DNA from: a virus
Virus record (IMG/VR): IMGVR_UViG_3300037471_000902
Coordinates: 47,858-111,857 of that record
Strand: one strand, 5' to 3'
DNA length: 64,000 nt
The position numbers were made by a program, and so were the translations under genes. The notes under the pieces were generated by a model. That model saw only the letters and a list, made by a program, of their open reading frames with translations, had not been told where the DNA came from and made no database searches. Below, piece after piece: positions 11,086 through 21,085 of the stretch; position 1 is the first letter of the stretch, and each line of letters starts with the position of its first letter.

Positions 11086-11382
11086 ATGGCATTGCAAAAC
11101 CTATTAGGCGATATAGCACTTGACTCGAATCTTCAGAAGATCGCAGAATATCTTGAAGTGATTGCTTCAACAATTGGTAGAACTTACCCGGATTCAAACG
11201 GTCGTCTTCAGGTTAACGTTGCAGCAGGCACTCTTCCCACCGTGACAACTGTCACCACCGTAAGCACCGTAAGCACCGTTACTAACGCCACTCAGCAAAG
11301 TGGATATAGCACTGCATACGATCAGTATTGCCAAATGATGACTAACGCATCATATATCAGAAGCAGAATCACCACAAGTTAA
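11086..11382 (+). CDS. Small fibre-associated protein
   Basis: AGGA RBS and TAAATA upstream; low-complexity TVTTVTTVSTVSTVT; sits between fibre genes. Confidence 0.55.
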   Translation: MALQNLLGDIALDSNLQKIAEYLEVIASTIGRTYPDSNGRLQVNVAAGTLPTVTTVTTVSTVSTVTNATQQSGYSTAYDQYCQMMTNASYIRSRITTS

Positions 11383-11389
11383 ATAGAAA

Positions 11390-12805
11390 ATGACGACTAC
11401 AGTTAACCTTAAGAGACTACTTGATCGCAAACAGTGGGAAATGTGCAGCTTCGCACCGGTGACAACTGGTGCGGGCATGTTCGTGGCATCAAGTGGACTG
11501 TTTGATCAATACCAATATTTGGTTGCATCAAACACCACCGCATATGTGTATGATCCATTTGAAGATGGATGGACAACATTGCCTTCTCCTGCATTAGCTG
11601 GTACTTTTGGTGCGGGGACTGCTGGAACAAGGCATCCCGCAGGACCACGGGGATTCCCAACTGCTGGAACGACGACCACCATCACAACGTCGCTTAACCT
11701 GCAACGTCAACTTTCTGGATATGTGATTCGTATCATTGCCGGTCCCAATGCTGGAAGTGAATACACGATTTTGAGGAACACGACAGGTTCAAACTCAATC
11801 ATTACGATCACTGGAACGGCAGCTCAAGCCTTTACTACCGCGAGTGAATTCATTCTGGTGACTGGTCGCTTATGGGTTGTTAACGGTGGTACTCTTGCAT
11901 CTGGTTCTTTCAAGTACTACGATTTAGCTACCAACACGTGGAACAACGCGACACAGACTGGTCTTCCAGCCACAATCGGCACTGATAGTAGATTGGTTGC
12001 AACTCCCGGGTATCTACTAAACAACTTTGTCACGGCGACAGCGACTGTCTTTTCTACCACTACTATTGGAACTGGCTCGGCTACATGGGCGACAAACATG
12101 TGGACTAACTATCAAGTTCGCATCACGAGTGGAACTGGTGCTGGACAATTTAGATCAATTGCATCTAATACTGCAACAACTCTAACAGTTTCATCAGCGT
12201 GGACAACTACCCCAGATGGAACATCTCAGTACGTTATTGAGGGAAATGATGACTACATCTATTACCTAGGTAACAACGCGGTGACGATGTACCGCTATAG
12301 CATCTCGGGTAACACGTGGTCGACACTATCGCCTGTTGCTGCCCGTACTGGTGCACCTGTCGCCGGTATGAGTGCGCATTGGGTTTATAACGTCAGCGAT
12401 TCTTCTTGGAGTGATCTAACTGGCGCGACTAACTTCTTGAATGGCCGCTACATCTACTCGTTTAGAGGCGGCGCGGCAACACTAGATCGCTATGACATCG
12501 CGGCAAACACGTGGGAAAGTGACGTTGCATACGCACCCAAGGGCGAAACACTAAGTTCTGGCTCAAGCTATGCATACGCAGATGACTACATCTACGTAAA
12601 CCTAACTAATACCGGACGTGTTGTCAAGTATAACGTCGCAAAGCAATTGCTTGAACCTTTTACCCAACTCTTCTACGCACAGAGCACCACAGCGCTTGGT
12701 GATCGCTTCTTTGATGTGGTTTATACTGATGGAGCGACAAAGCTTCGCTGGCTTTACTTCATCACGCACACTCAAACTGCGATGTTCAGAATTTTGGTAT
12801 TTTAA
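11390..12805 (+). CDS. Kelch-like beta-propeller virion protein
   Basis: Repeated YDxxxNTW / YSISGNTW / YDIAANTW blade motifs, plus two ITSGTGAGQxRxIxxNT inserts. Confidence 0.65.
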   Translation: MTTTVNLKRLLDRKQWEMCSFAPVTTGAGMFVASSGLFDQYQYLVASNTTAYVYDPFEDGWTTLPSPALAGTFGAGTAGTRHPAGPRGFPTAGTTTTITTSLNLQRQLSGYVIRIIAGPNAGSEYTILRNTTGSNSIITITGTAAQAFTTASEFILVTGRLWVVNGGTLASGSFKYYDLATNTWNNATQTGLPATIGTDSRLVATPGYLLNNFVTATATVFSTTTIGTGSATWATNMWTNYQVRITSGTGAGQFRSIASNTATTLTVSSAWTTTPDGTSQYVIEGNDDYIYYLGNNAVTMYRYSISGNTWSTLSPVAARTGAPVAGMSAHWVYNVSDSSWSDLTGATNFLNGRYIYSFRGGAATLDRYDIAANTWESDVAYAPKGETLSSGSSYAYADDYIYVNLTNTGRVVKYNVAKQLLEPFTQLFYAQSTTALGDRFFDVVYTDGATKLRWLYFITHTQTAMFRILVF

Positions 12806-12808
12806 TCT

Positions 12809-15800
12809 ATGGCGCTTAATTTTCCGTCAAGTCCTACGCCTGGACAAACATATACGTTCGGCTCTAAGACCTGGACGTGGGATGGCACTGTCTGGAATCT
12901 AACACCAACTGTAGCATTGTCGAGTCAGTATGGTGGTACCGGCGTGAACAACGCCGGGAAAACTATTACACTTGGTGGTAATCTAACAACGTCTGGATCA
13001 AATGATCTGACGTTTACAACAACTGGTTCCACAAACATTACATTGCCAACAACTGGGACAGTAGCTACACTTGATGGTGTTGAGACATTCACGAACAAGA
13101 CGATATCAGCACCAGTTGTTATTGGACCAGTTGACCAACGCGATGGAACAACAGGACAAGACTATAGACTCTATAACACCTATACAGACGCATCTAATTA
13201 CGAGCGTGCATACCTACGTTGGACTGGAAACGTCTTAAAGTTCGGTACTGAAGCTGCAGGAACTGGTGTGGTTCGTGACATTTGGGTAGTTGCAGGTACT
13301 GGCGGAAACGTGTATATTGGGGCGAACACCGCACCACGGTGGCTGGTCAACAACACTGCGGCCTTCCTGCCAGCTGCTGATAACACACAGACAATTGGCA
13401 GCGCGAGCGCTCAAGTGTCTGTTGTGTATATTGGTAGCCGCATTCAATTAAACGCAGTCGGATACCTTGCGTGGGGAGCCGACACGAACATGTACCGGGA
13501 GGCAGCAAGTACTCTTGCTTATCGCAACGGTGGCCAGCCTAACACGTTGCGAATCTACAACACATACACTGACGCATCAAACTATGAACGTTTGAGACTT
13601 GGATTTGCAACCAACATTGCATATCTAAGCACTGAGTCCTTAGGCACCGGTACGCAGCGTGGTTTGGTTATCAACGCGGCCACTCAGGATTTTCAGATCG
13701 CAGGTTCAACAAAATGGTCAATTGACAGTAGCGGAAATCTAACAGCTACTGGATCGAATGACATTACTACGTCTGGCGACTTCACGGCTGGTAACCATCG
13801 TATATTCAGCTTCACTCGCACAGTTCCAACAACTGTTGGTGTTGAAGTCGACATAGGCACATTTTCATTACTAACTGTTGGCACGACGAATATTGACATG
13901 TGGATCAACGTTCAGAGCAGCAGTTTTTCTGTCGCCAAGCGCTACAACATCCCAGTCACTTATGGAGCAACAAGTGGTGCTTGGCAGACGGTGGTGCCAA
14001 TCAATAATTCTGGTCCGTACTTAGGTAATGACTTTGACTTAGAGATCCAGGTAAACTCCGGATCAGCGCTCTTACGTATGCGCCGTTCCGCTGGAACAAC
14101 TGCGGGCACAGCCTACATCGTAATGTCTGTAGCTGGTGTGTCAAGTGACGCATTTTCACCGTCCACTACCACATCCGCAGTGGCAGCACCGACCGTTAAG
14201 TACGCGCCAGCGCTGGTGAATATTGACACAGTCACTAACCCAGATATTAATGGTGGTACAGTTGATTCGCTAACCACACTTTCTATTCGTAACCAGGGAA
14301 CTGGTGCTTTTGATCTATCTTTTGTGCATAACGGCACAATGACCGCAGGGCGATCACTGACTCTTAATGTCAACGACGCATCACGCAGTATTAGCCTGAG
14401 TGGTGATCTAACGCTTGCGTCAGCACTCACTACTGTCGGTGCATTCACGCTGTCGTTAACAACTACTGGAACAACTAACGTCACCTTACCAACAACAGGA
14501 ACGCTTGCCACGTTAGCAGGCACCGAGACGTTTACTAACAAGACGATTGGCGATACTTTAACTCTGGGTGCTGCTGGAAGTGCAACTTCACCGCAAATTT
14601 TGCTGAACGGCTCCAGTATGAACTGGATTCAGTTCACGATTGCGGGTGTTGGTGCACCAGCATTCACAACAAGAAGTTCAGGTACGAAGCTTGTGCTGTG
14701 GCCTCAAGTCGACGCTACGAACGTCGACTATGCAATAGGCATAGAGAACTCTAACATTTGGTTTAGTGTTCCAACCTCGGCTAGCCAGTATGGTTTTAAG
14801 TGGTACACAGGTACGACCAACGCTGCCACTCTGAATTCTGTTGGTTTAACCGTTACTGGTACGATCGCGGCGTCTAATCTGAGTTTAGGTGGAAACTTTG
14901 CTACGTCTGGCGCGAGTGCTCTCACTCTGACAACGACTGGCGCGACGAACGTCACACTTCCTACCGCAGGTACACTTGCGACTCTGGCTGGAACGGAAAC
15001 GCTCACAAATAAGACACTGACCACGCCGCAAATTAACGCAGCTACGGTCGGTGTGGCGGCTACTGTCACCGCAGGTACTAATGCGCAAGGCCAGGGTGCA
15101 TTGACGTCAGATATAAACGTCGTCACAACAGCCTCTAACAATCCTAGTGGTGTGACACTACCAACGGCGACGGTGGGCCGTTGGGTGAGTATTGTGAACT
15201 CGGGTGCCAATCCATTAAAAGTCTATCCTGCTTCAGGTGCAGCAATTGATGGTTTGGGAGCGAACGTCGCTGTTGATCTACCAGTTGGTGCTAAGCTAGA
15301 ATTTTTAGCTTCGACAACAACAAAATGGCATTCATCAGCAACTGGTGCCAAGGGAGCGGGTGTTCTGACACTCGCTGGCAACTTGACAACGTCTGGTGCG
15401 TTCGCCACAACACTCACGATGACTGGTGCTACCAGCGTCACGCTTCCAACAGCTGGTACCCTTGCAACACTTGCTGGTACTGAAACACTCTCGAACAAAA
15501 CTATCAGCGGTGGCACGTTCTCTGGCACGATCGCTGGAACTCCTACTATTTCTGGCAACTGGACCATGGACGGGGCATTCCCCGGCATGTACCTAAACGA
15601 GAACGATCAGGGAACTGACCTTAAGAAGTGGTTCATGGTCGTAGATGGACAGCAATTCCAGTTTCAGACGCGAACTGACGCGAACGCTGTTATCGCAACA
15701 CCATTTGCGGTGAATAGATCTGGAAACTTGACTGTTCTGGGAACAGTAACTAGCAACGGCGGAAAGGTTCTGACTCTCGCTGGTAATTTGACAACGTCTG

Positions 15801-16897
15801 GAGCATTTGCTACTACCCTAACAGCTACTGGAACCACAACTGTTACCCTACCCACGACAGGTACACTGGCAACACTGGCTGGAACAGAAACGTTTACCAG
15901 CAAGACATTAACTAGTCCAACGGTCAACGGTGGAGCTTTGACGGCACTGACTGCTCTAGGAATTAGATCAACGGGTACGGGCGCTTTTGACCTTACACTT
16001 GCCAATACCGAAAACCTGACGGCTGGCCGCACGCTTACACTGAAGGTCAATGACGCTGCACGTACAGTCGATTTGGCTGGTAACCTGACGCTCGCATCAT
16101 CCTTCACCACGAGTGGCGCCAACGCACTCACGTTGACCACAACAGGTTCAACGAACGTCACGTTGCCAACGAGCGGAACGCTGGCAACGCTGGCTGGCAC
16201 TGAGACATTGACTAATAAGACACTGAGCGCACCAGTAGTCTCGTACGCCTCAGTTACACCTGGCACAAACACGCAAGGTCAAGGTGCAATGACTGCGGAC
16301 ATCAACGTGGTCAGTACAGTTGGAAGTAACCCGTCCGGTGTAACTCTGCCAACGGCCACTACAGGAAGAAGAATCACTGTAATTAACCGATCTGGTGGAA
16401 ATATTGCAGTTTTTCCAGCGTCTGGTGGAACAATCGATACATTGACAATCAATGCGTCGGTTGTTATGCCAGTAAACAGTATCCTTGAGTTTTTTGCAAC
16501 GTCAAGCACCCAGTGGTACTCCACGTCTGTTCGAGTTTTATCAGGCTCAACTAATGTATACGGACTTGGTTATGCTCCGACGGGAACAGGTAGTACTTTA
16601 CAGCAGAGTTCACCTCGAACAACATCTGTCACAATAAACACACTAAGTGGATACTTCCTGATGGCTTCAGTTGCACAAGCTGACGCAGACGCAGGGGCAG
16701 TAATATTCACAGTAAACAATTCTGCGGTTGCATCGCAGGATGTCGTTATTGCAAATGCATGTAGTTCTAGCTATGATTGGGTTGTACAAGTAGTCAAGGT
16801 TGGAAGTGGTTTCTTTAGACTGCGCGTGGTAAACGTGAACGGTTCCTCTGTGACTGAAGGTACACCGATCTCATTTGCAGTGTTCAAGAACACATAA
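12809..16897 (+). CDS. Long tail fibre protein 3
   Basis: MALNFPSSPTPGQTY...WTWDG N-terminus; about six LTTTGxTxVTLPTxGTLATLAGTETxTNKT repeats; large blocks shared with fibres 1 and 2. Confidence 0.8.
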   Translation: MALNFPSSPTPGQTYTFGSKTWTWDGTVWNLTPTVALSSQYGGTGVNNAGKTITLGGNLTTSGSNDLTFTTTGSTNITLPTTGTVATLDGVETFTNKTISAPVVIGPVDQRDGTTGQDYRLYNTYTDASNYERAYLRWTGNVLKFGTEAAGTGVVRDIWVVAGTGGNVYIGANTAPRWLVNNTAAFLPAADNTQTIGSASAQVSVVYIGSRIQLNAVGYLAWGADTNMYREAASTLAYRNGGQPNTLRIYNTYTDASNYERLRLGFATNIAYLSTESLGTGTQRGLVINAATQDFQIAGSTKWSIDSSGNLTATGSNDITTSGDFTAGNHRIFSFTRTVPTTVGVEVDIGTFSLLTVGTTNIDMWINVQSSSFSVAKRYNIPVTYGATSGAWQTVVPINNSGPYLGNDFDLEIQVNSGSALLRMRRSAGTTAGTAYIVMSVAGVSSDAFSPSTTTSAVAAPTVKYAPALVNIDTVTNPDINGGTVDSLTTLSIRNQGTGAFDLSFVHNGTMTAGRSLTLNVNDASRSISLSGDLTLASALTTVGAFTLSLTTTGTTNVTLPTTGTLATLAGTETFTNKTIGDTLTLGAAGSATSPQILLNGSSMNWIQFTIAGVGAPAFTTRSSGTKLVLWPQVDATNVDYAIGIENSNIWFSVPTSASQYGFKWYTGTTNAATLNSVGLTVTGTIAASNLSLGGNFATSGASALTLTTTGATNVTLPTAGTLATLAGTETLTNKTLTTPQINAATVGVAATVTAGTNAQGQGALTSDINVVTTASNNPSGVTLPTATVGRWVSIVNSGANPLKVYPASGAAIDGLGANVAVDLPVGAKLEFLASTTTKWHSSATGAKGAGVLTLAGNLTTSGAFATTLTMTGATSVTLPTAGTLATLAGTETLSNKTISGGTFSGTIAGTPTISGNWTMDGAFPGMYLNENDQGTDLKKWFMVVDGQQFQFQTRTDANAVIATPFAVNRSGNLTVLGTVTSNGGKVLTLAGNLTTSGAFATTLTATGTTTVTLPTTGTLATLAGTETFTSKTLTSPTVNGGALTALTALGIRSTGTGAFDLTLANTENLTAGRTLTLKVNDAARTVDLAGNLTLASSFTTSGANALTLTTTGSTNVTLPTSGTLATLAGTETLTNKTLSAPVVSYASVTPGTNTQGQGAMTADINVVSTVGSNPSGVTLPTATTGRRITVINRSGGNIAVFPASGGTIDTLTINASVVMPVNSILEFFATSSTQWYSTSVRVLSGSTNVYGLGYAPTGTGSTLQQSSPRTTSVTINTLSGYFLMASVAQADADAGAVIFTVNNSAVASQDVVIANACSSSYDWVVQVVKVGSGFFRLRVVNVNGSSVTEGTPISFAVFKNT

Positions 16898-16933
16898 AAC
16901 CTGTAAATATTATCTTATCATAAGGAGATCTTT

Positions 16934-17266
16934 ATGAACGACCTACTATTTTGTGTATTATTTCTATGGGGCTTCTGGCTCCTATACATCTTAGTCATGG
17001 GTCTCTATAGAGCGCATCTTCAGGGGCGCCTAGGCAAGGTAGCAACAGTTCTAGCATATCCAGCCGTGCTACTCGGTTACGCTGTTGACGCATTCTCAAA
17101 CATCACCCTAGCAACGCTATTTTTTGCAGATTTACCCCGTGAGCTGCTAGTCACGACACGGCTCAAGCGTTACAAGGCAATTGACGATGGGTGGAGAAAA
17201 GCTGCTGCAGAATGGATTTGCACGAACTTGCTTGACCCATTCGATCCTAGTGGTGATCATTGCTAA
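16934..17266 (+). CDS. Small membrane protein of a type found next to phage tail-fibre genes
   Basis: Two hydrophobic segments; C-terminal WICTNLLDPFDPSGDHC; strong AAGGAG RBS; TAAATA at 16904-16909. Confidence 0.6.
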   Translation: MNDLLFCVLFLWGFWLLYILVMGLYRAHLQGRLGKVATVLAYPAVLLGYAVDAFSNITLATLFFADLPRELLVTTRLKRYKAIDDGWRKAAAEWICTNLLDPFDPSGDHC

Positions 17267-17277
17267 AGGGGCGAATC

Positions 17278-17775
17278 ATGGACTATGTAGAAGGAAGAAA
17301 TGAAATCAAGTCAGGCGACCTTCTTGCATTCACACATGTCGGATGGAAGAGCTGGCGTGACATCAAGATTCAGATCGTTCGAATGTTTACTAAGTCTGAA
17401 TATTCGCACGTTGGTGTAGCGTGGGTTGTTGGGGGTCGCGTATTTGTTCTCGAGGCTGTAGTTCCCCTAATACGCATTTATCCACTTTCTAAGTGCGGCA
17501 ATTTCTACCACATTCCCATGGATTTGAACTGGACTCCTGATGTGGAAGGTTTTGCATTATCCAAAGTGGGTGAGGAATATTCTCAATTCGAGGCCATACT
17601 CGCGTCTATTGATAAACTTGAGCAGGGCGCAAATAACAAATGGGAATGCGCAGAGTATGTCAAAGCAGTTTTTGGGAAGGCCGGTGTTGTATTGAATGGC
17701 GAGGCTACTCCTACTGACGTTGTCAGAAGTGCACAAGAACTGGGAAAATGCACTCGCCTCGTTAGGAATAGTTGA
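17278..17775 (+). CDS. Permuted papain-like NlpC/P60 (YiiX/YebB-like) amidase/peptidase
   Basis: IKSGDLL, YSHVG (catalytic His first) and WECAEYV (Cys later), TPTD. Start moved to ATG 17278 after AAGGGG. Confidence 0.7.
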   Translation: MDYVEGRNEIKSGDLLAFTHVGWKSWRDIKIQIVRMFTKSEYSHVGVAWVVGGRVFVLEAVVPLIRIYPLSKCGNFYHIPMDLNWTPDVEGFALSKVGEEYSQFEAILASIDKLEQGANNKWECAEYVKAVFGKAGVVLNGEATPTDVVRSAQELGKCTRLVRNS

Positions 17776-17829
17776 TTCTAGTTAAAATATTTCTTTCATA
17801 ACATTTCACATCAGTCATCTAAATAGCTG

Positions 17830-18564
17830 ATGCACACAAACATGAATTTCCTTATTACCTTAGATCTGGACAGCGACACGGCCCCAGATTTCTCTAACGA
17901 GTTCAAAGAATTTGTCAAGAAGTTCAACCTAGAAGTAACTGAAACTTTACTTGACAATAGCCACACAGCAATGTTCACTAAGCAGTTGGCAAAAGTTGAA
18001 GAATCTGAAGAGCTTAGCCCTGAAGAGGCTGAGAAAACTCCAGCATTAAACGAGGATGACCTCTGCCCCACATGTGGCGAGGCAGAGTGTAATTGCCCAG
18101 AACCAGAACATAAGTGTGAAATGTGTGACGATGATCACAAATGTGATGAATGCAGTTCTGATAAAGAAGACGTCAAGGAAGAACTGAAAATGTTTGACTT
18201 TGATCCTTGCAGAGTGCTCACACTCAGCACTCTTGTTGATATTCCTGTCAAGGTTAATTTGCAAGAGAAAAATACGAAGCTTTTTGTAAGCTCCGTTCTT
18301 AGTGAGAACCAAGTTGTTCGCTTCCACTACAACTCTCATTATCACGCGCTTCCAAGTTATACAGATAATCGTGTGCATATCGTGAATGAGGGGCATGACG
18401 TTGGGTCAGCGACTGTTCGCCTCGTCCTCGACTTTGCTGGTAAGACATTCCCATCTCTAGTAGATATTACAGAAGGTCAAGAGGACGTACTCATCATTGG
18501 ATCAGATCTCTTTGAGATCATCCAAAAGGATAAGGGTACTTCTGATGTTGTATCGACCAAATAA
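17830..18564 (+). CDS. Acidic protein with a Cys/His cluster and a possible degenerate retropepsin-like C-terminal domain
   Basis: CPTCGEAECNC...HKCEMC...HKCDEC. C-terminal VRLVLDFAGKTF...VLIIGSDL resembles RimK-associated aspartic protease folds but has no DTG motif. Confidence 0.5.
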   Translation: MHTNMNFLITLDLDSDTAPDFSNEFKEFVKKFNLEVTETLLDNSHTAMFTKQLAKVEESEELSPEEAEKTPALNEDDLCPTCGEAECNCPEPEHKCEMCDDDHKCDECSSDKEDVKEELKMFDFDPCRVLTLSTLVDIPVKVNLQEKNTKLFVSSVLSENQVVRFHYNSHYHALPSYTDNRVHIVNEGHDVGSATVRLVLDFAGKTFPSLVDITEGQEDVLIIGSDLFEIIQKDKGTSDVVSTK

Positions 18565-19255
18565 TATCGAGTTTCGTGTAGCATCTGCGGCTGCAATTGG
18601 GGAATTCAAAACAGCCCAAGCTCACACATTCCTGCAGGTATGTCGCAGAGAATTTGAGTTCGGTCTTTCCGCCAAGGAAGTAGTACTGCTGTCCTATGAC
18701 AGATTCTCTCATTGGCTGTTTGACATTGAGCGTGATTTTCTTGATGCATCGCACAAACAGACATCTCAGGCGTTGATTGACAAGCTCGTGAGATTATTTC
18801 ATGGTGAATTGCAAGTCATTGAACAGATCTGTGCTGATAATCCCGAGATTTTCAGTAAGTCTATTCAAGAATATGTCAAGTGTATCCATGGATATGCAGC
18901 AGAAGATATGCAGCTTGTTATTTCACAGGTTGCAGATAATAAACCATCCAAAGCATTCATCGCCGTCAGCGAATGCTTAACAGATTATCTTCAACATCTT
19001 CTACTAGCAATGCACGAGTACAACAATAATCTTGTCTTACGAAATGCTCCATTCCTGTGCATTGGTAGATACAGTCTTCTACCAAAGAAAGACGGCTATT
19101 CATCGATTACAGAACGAGCAGCATTCTTTCGAGAAGTATTAGGACCACATCAGACATTTATCATCAAGAATTTTACTGATGAAGCACTGGAAGAATCTGT
19201 CATCAGTGCGTTAGAAAAGTCTGGAATAATCGCGCACGCGGAAGTTCTGGTGTAA
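18545..19255 (+). CDS. Hypothetical helical protein
   Basis: Long ORF; start moved to ATG 18545 after AAGGGT. Confidence 0.55.
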   Translation: MLYRPNNIEFRVASAAAIGEFKTAQAHTFLQVCRREFEFGLSAKEVVLLSYDRFSHWLFDIERDFLDASHKQTSQALIDKLVRLFHGELQVIEQICADNPEIFSKSIQEYVKCIHGYAAEDMQLVISQVADNKPSKAFIAVSECLTDYLQHLLLAMHEYNNNLVLRNAPFLCIGRYSLLPKKDGYSSITERAAFFREVLGPHQTFIIKNFTDEALEESVISALEKSGIIAHAEVLV

Positions 19256-19299
19256 ACTGTCTTTCAGATAAATACAATCTGATAAGCAGCAGGCATGCC

Positions 19300-19959
19300 A
19301 TGGACTTCCTTTTCGACATTGTAAAGCAACTAGCTGCAAGCCTAAGCCCAACGCAGTTTTTGTGGATACTCGGCATTATTGCGGGGACCACGTTTTTCTT
19401 GGTGCGGTTTATCCTAGCAAACAAAAAGAAAATTGTTTCTTGGTTGACTGGACAAAAAGAAGTAGATGAAACACAGGTTGCATTGCAGGACATCAAGGCC
19501 GCACTTTTAAAACTGTTGACAACGCAAGATTTTCAACAGGACTTAGCTCGCCTCGATGTTAGCATAAAACTGGCGCTCACTGCCCAAGCTGCTGATTTGG
19601 AGGCTATTCGCGAAAAACTTGTTGAGCTTTCATCTATCAAGACAGAACTTGTTACAGCAAGTCGACATATTCTTGACGAATTGTCAGAGATTAAGCATAC
19701 TATTCATGTGCACAATGACGGAAGTCAGACGCAATATCGTGATGTGCTTTTGCAGCTGAATAAGAGCCATGAACTCATTGCTCGTAACCTGATGCAAATT
19801 GAAAAGATGGACGAGTTTTTCAAAGCCACCGTGCCTGAATTCCGTGGTTATCATCATGAGCTTGGCACTGAGCTGAATAATCTCAGCCGTGACATTGCGC
19901 TGGTTGAGCGCAGCATTCAGATGCAGATGAACTCTGGGTTGGCAGTAAAACTCAGATAA
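19300..19959 (+). CDS. Membrane-anchored coiled-coil protein
   Basis: N-terminal TM (FLWILGIIAGTTFFLVRFIL) followed by KKK, then heptad-rich helix; TAAATA at 19269-19274. Confidence 0.6.
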   Translation: MDFLFDIVKQLAASLSPTQFLWILGIIAGTTFFLVRFILANKKKIVSWLTGQKEVDETQVALQDIKAALLKLLTTQDFQQDLARLDVSIKLALTAQAADLEAIREKLVELSSIKTELVTASRHILDELSEIKHTIHVHNDGSQTQYRDVLLQLNKSHELIARNLMQIEKMDEFFKATVPEFRGYHHELGTELNNLSRDIALVERSIQMQMNSGLAVKLR

Positions 19960-19988
19960 ATACAGAACATTCTTCATAATATACACAT

Positions 19989-20627
19989 ATGGCCGTCAAA
20001 TCCCCTTTCATCATTCGACCAGATTTTTTATCACCATTAATGTGTGAGAGAATCCTTGCCGATCTGGATACTACTCCTAATTTTGACGTAGAGGGTGATC
20101 CTCTCAAGCTGGAGAGACACAATTTGGCATGGGAACAGACGATCATTGATGCCTTTCATGAGGTTGTTCCAGAGATTGAGGAACGATATAGCTGTGTGTA
20201 TAGAGGACTAGAAAAACCTCTGTTCCAACTCTATCCAGAGAATGCTAAGGTTCCAGCTGAACAGCCCGGATGTGCTAATAGCAAATACATCCGCAAGCGG
20301 TGGGTCCAAACTCGAGACATTGATTTAGTCGGTTTTATCTGGCTAAAGGATTTCAACTCCAGTGTTCCCCTTGATCCGCGTGTTGAGGTCTTCGGTGGAA
20401 AGCTAGAATTTCCCGCCTATAACTTCTCGCTTGTGCCTCAGAAGGGTACGCTTGTCATGTTTCCTGCAGGCCCACACTTTATTACAGTTACATCACCGAT
20501 TTTACTAGGATCGCTACAGCAAGTAAAATTAACTGTAAGCGTAAAAACAACTGAAGGTGGTCAGTGGTTTTATCAACCGACAAACTTTCCAGGCAAATGG
20601 CAAGATTGGCTCAATGAGCATCTTTAA
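19989..20627 (+). CDS. 2OG-Fe(II) oxygenase (prolyl-4-hydroxylase-like) fold, apparently lacking the metal ligands
   Basis: DFLSPLMCERI, GGKLEFP, PQKGTLVMFP motifs present. Expected HxD reads GCAN and the distal His reads FITVT. Confidence 0.65.
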   Translation: MAVKSPFIIRPDFLSPLMCERILADLDTTPNFDVEGDPLKLERHNLAWEQTIIDAFHEVVPEIEERYSCVYRGLEKPLFQLYPENAKVPAEQPGCANSKYIRKRWVQTRDIDLVGFIWLKDFNSSVPLDPRVEVFGGKLEFPAYNFSLVPQKGTLVMFPAGPHFITVTSPILLGSLQQVKLTVSVKTTEGGQWFYQPTNFPGKWQDWLNEHL

Positions 20628-20635
20628 GGAATAAT

Positions 20636-21085
20636 ATGAAGATTCGCGACATCATTGAAGGAAACGTTACCCACATAAAGCGCGTTCTTGATCTGGCAAC
20701 AGGTGAGTGGAAGATGATTGACATGTCTAAGGCAAAGCCAATCAGCATGATGGCTGCACTTGGCGATGAAGAAGGTGCAGCCCTCCAGGAAGCTGGAGTT
20801 CATCTGGCTGAGAAGCCAGATGATTGGGAATATCTTGATGATCACTACGTCATTACTCCTTCTAAGATGCGAAAGGTTGAAGAAATCTTAGGACGCGAAC
20901 TTGATCGTGTAGCTGGTGAAACTCTTTTTGGTGGTGTAAAACCTCGAGGTCCTCTTGCTCAACTTAGCAAGGAACCGAAGAGAGGGATTTTTGTCATTCA
21001 GTTCGTGCAGGATGGCAGCAAATATCTTGTAAACACATTGCACGCCAACTCATACATTCGTATGTGGGCTAAGATTGACGTATGA
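20636..21085 (+). CDS. Hypothetical protein with a CTS-like N-terminus (MKIRDIIE)
   Basis: AAGGA RBS; N-terminal motif shared with the head-targeted family. Confidence 0.6.
   Translation: MKIRDIIEGNVTHIKRVLDLATGEWKMIDMSKAKPISMMAALGDEEGAALQEAGVHLAEKPDDWEYLDDHYVITPSKMRKVEEILGRELDRVAGETLFGGVKPRGPLAQLSKEPKRGIFVIQFVQDGSKYLVNTLHANSYIRMWAKIDV

Noticed and set aside
2016-16524. Many antisense ORFs of 60-200 aa over the fibre genes, and sense-strand ones over the minus-strand structural genes
   Set aside because: Shadow ORFs produced by Thr/Gly/Ala codon bias; no RBS or recognisable motifs.
19300-19959. TM plus coiled-coil protein as the holin
   Set aside because: The topology is compatible with a T4 gpT-like holin, but I see no recognisable similarity and it is not linked to the spanins; left as hypothetical.
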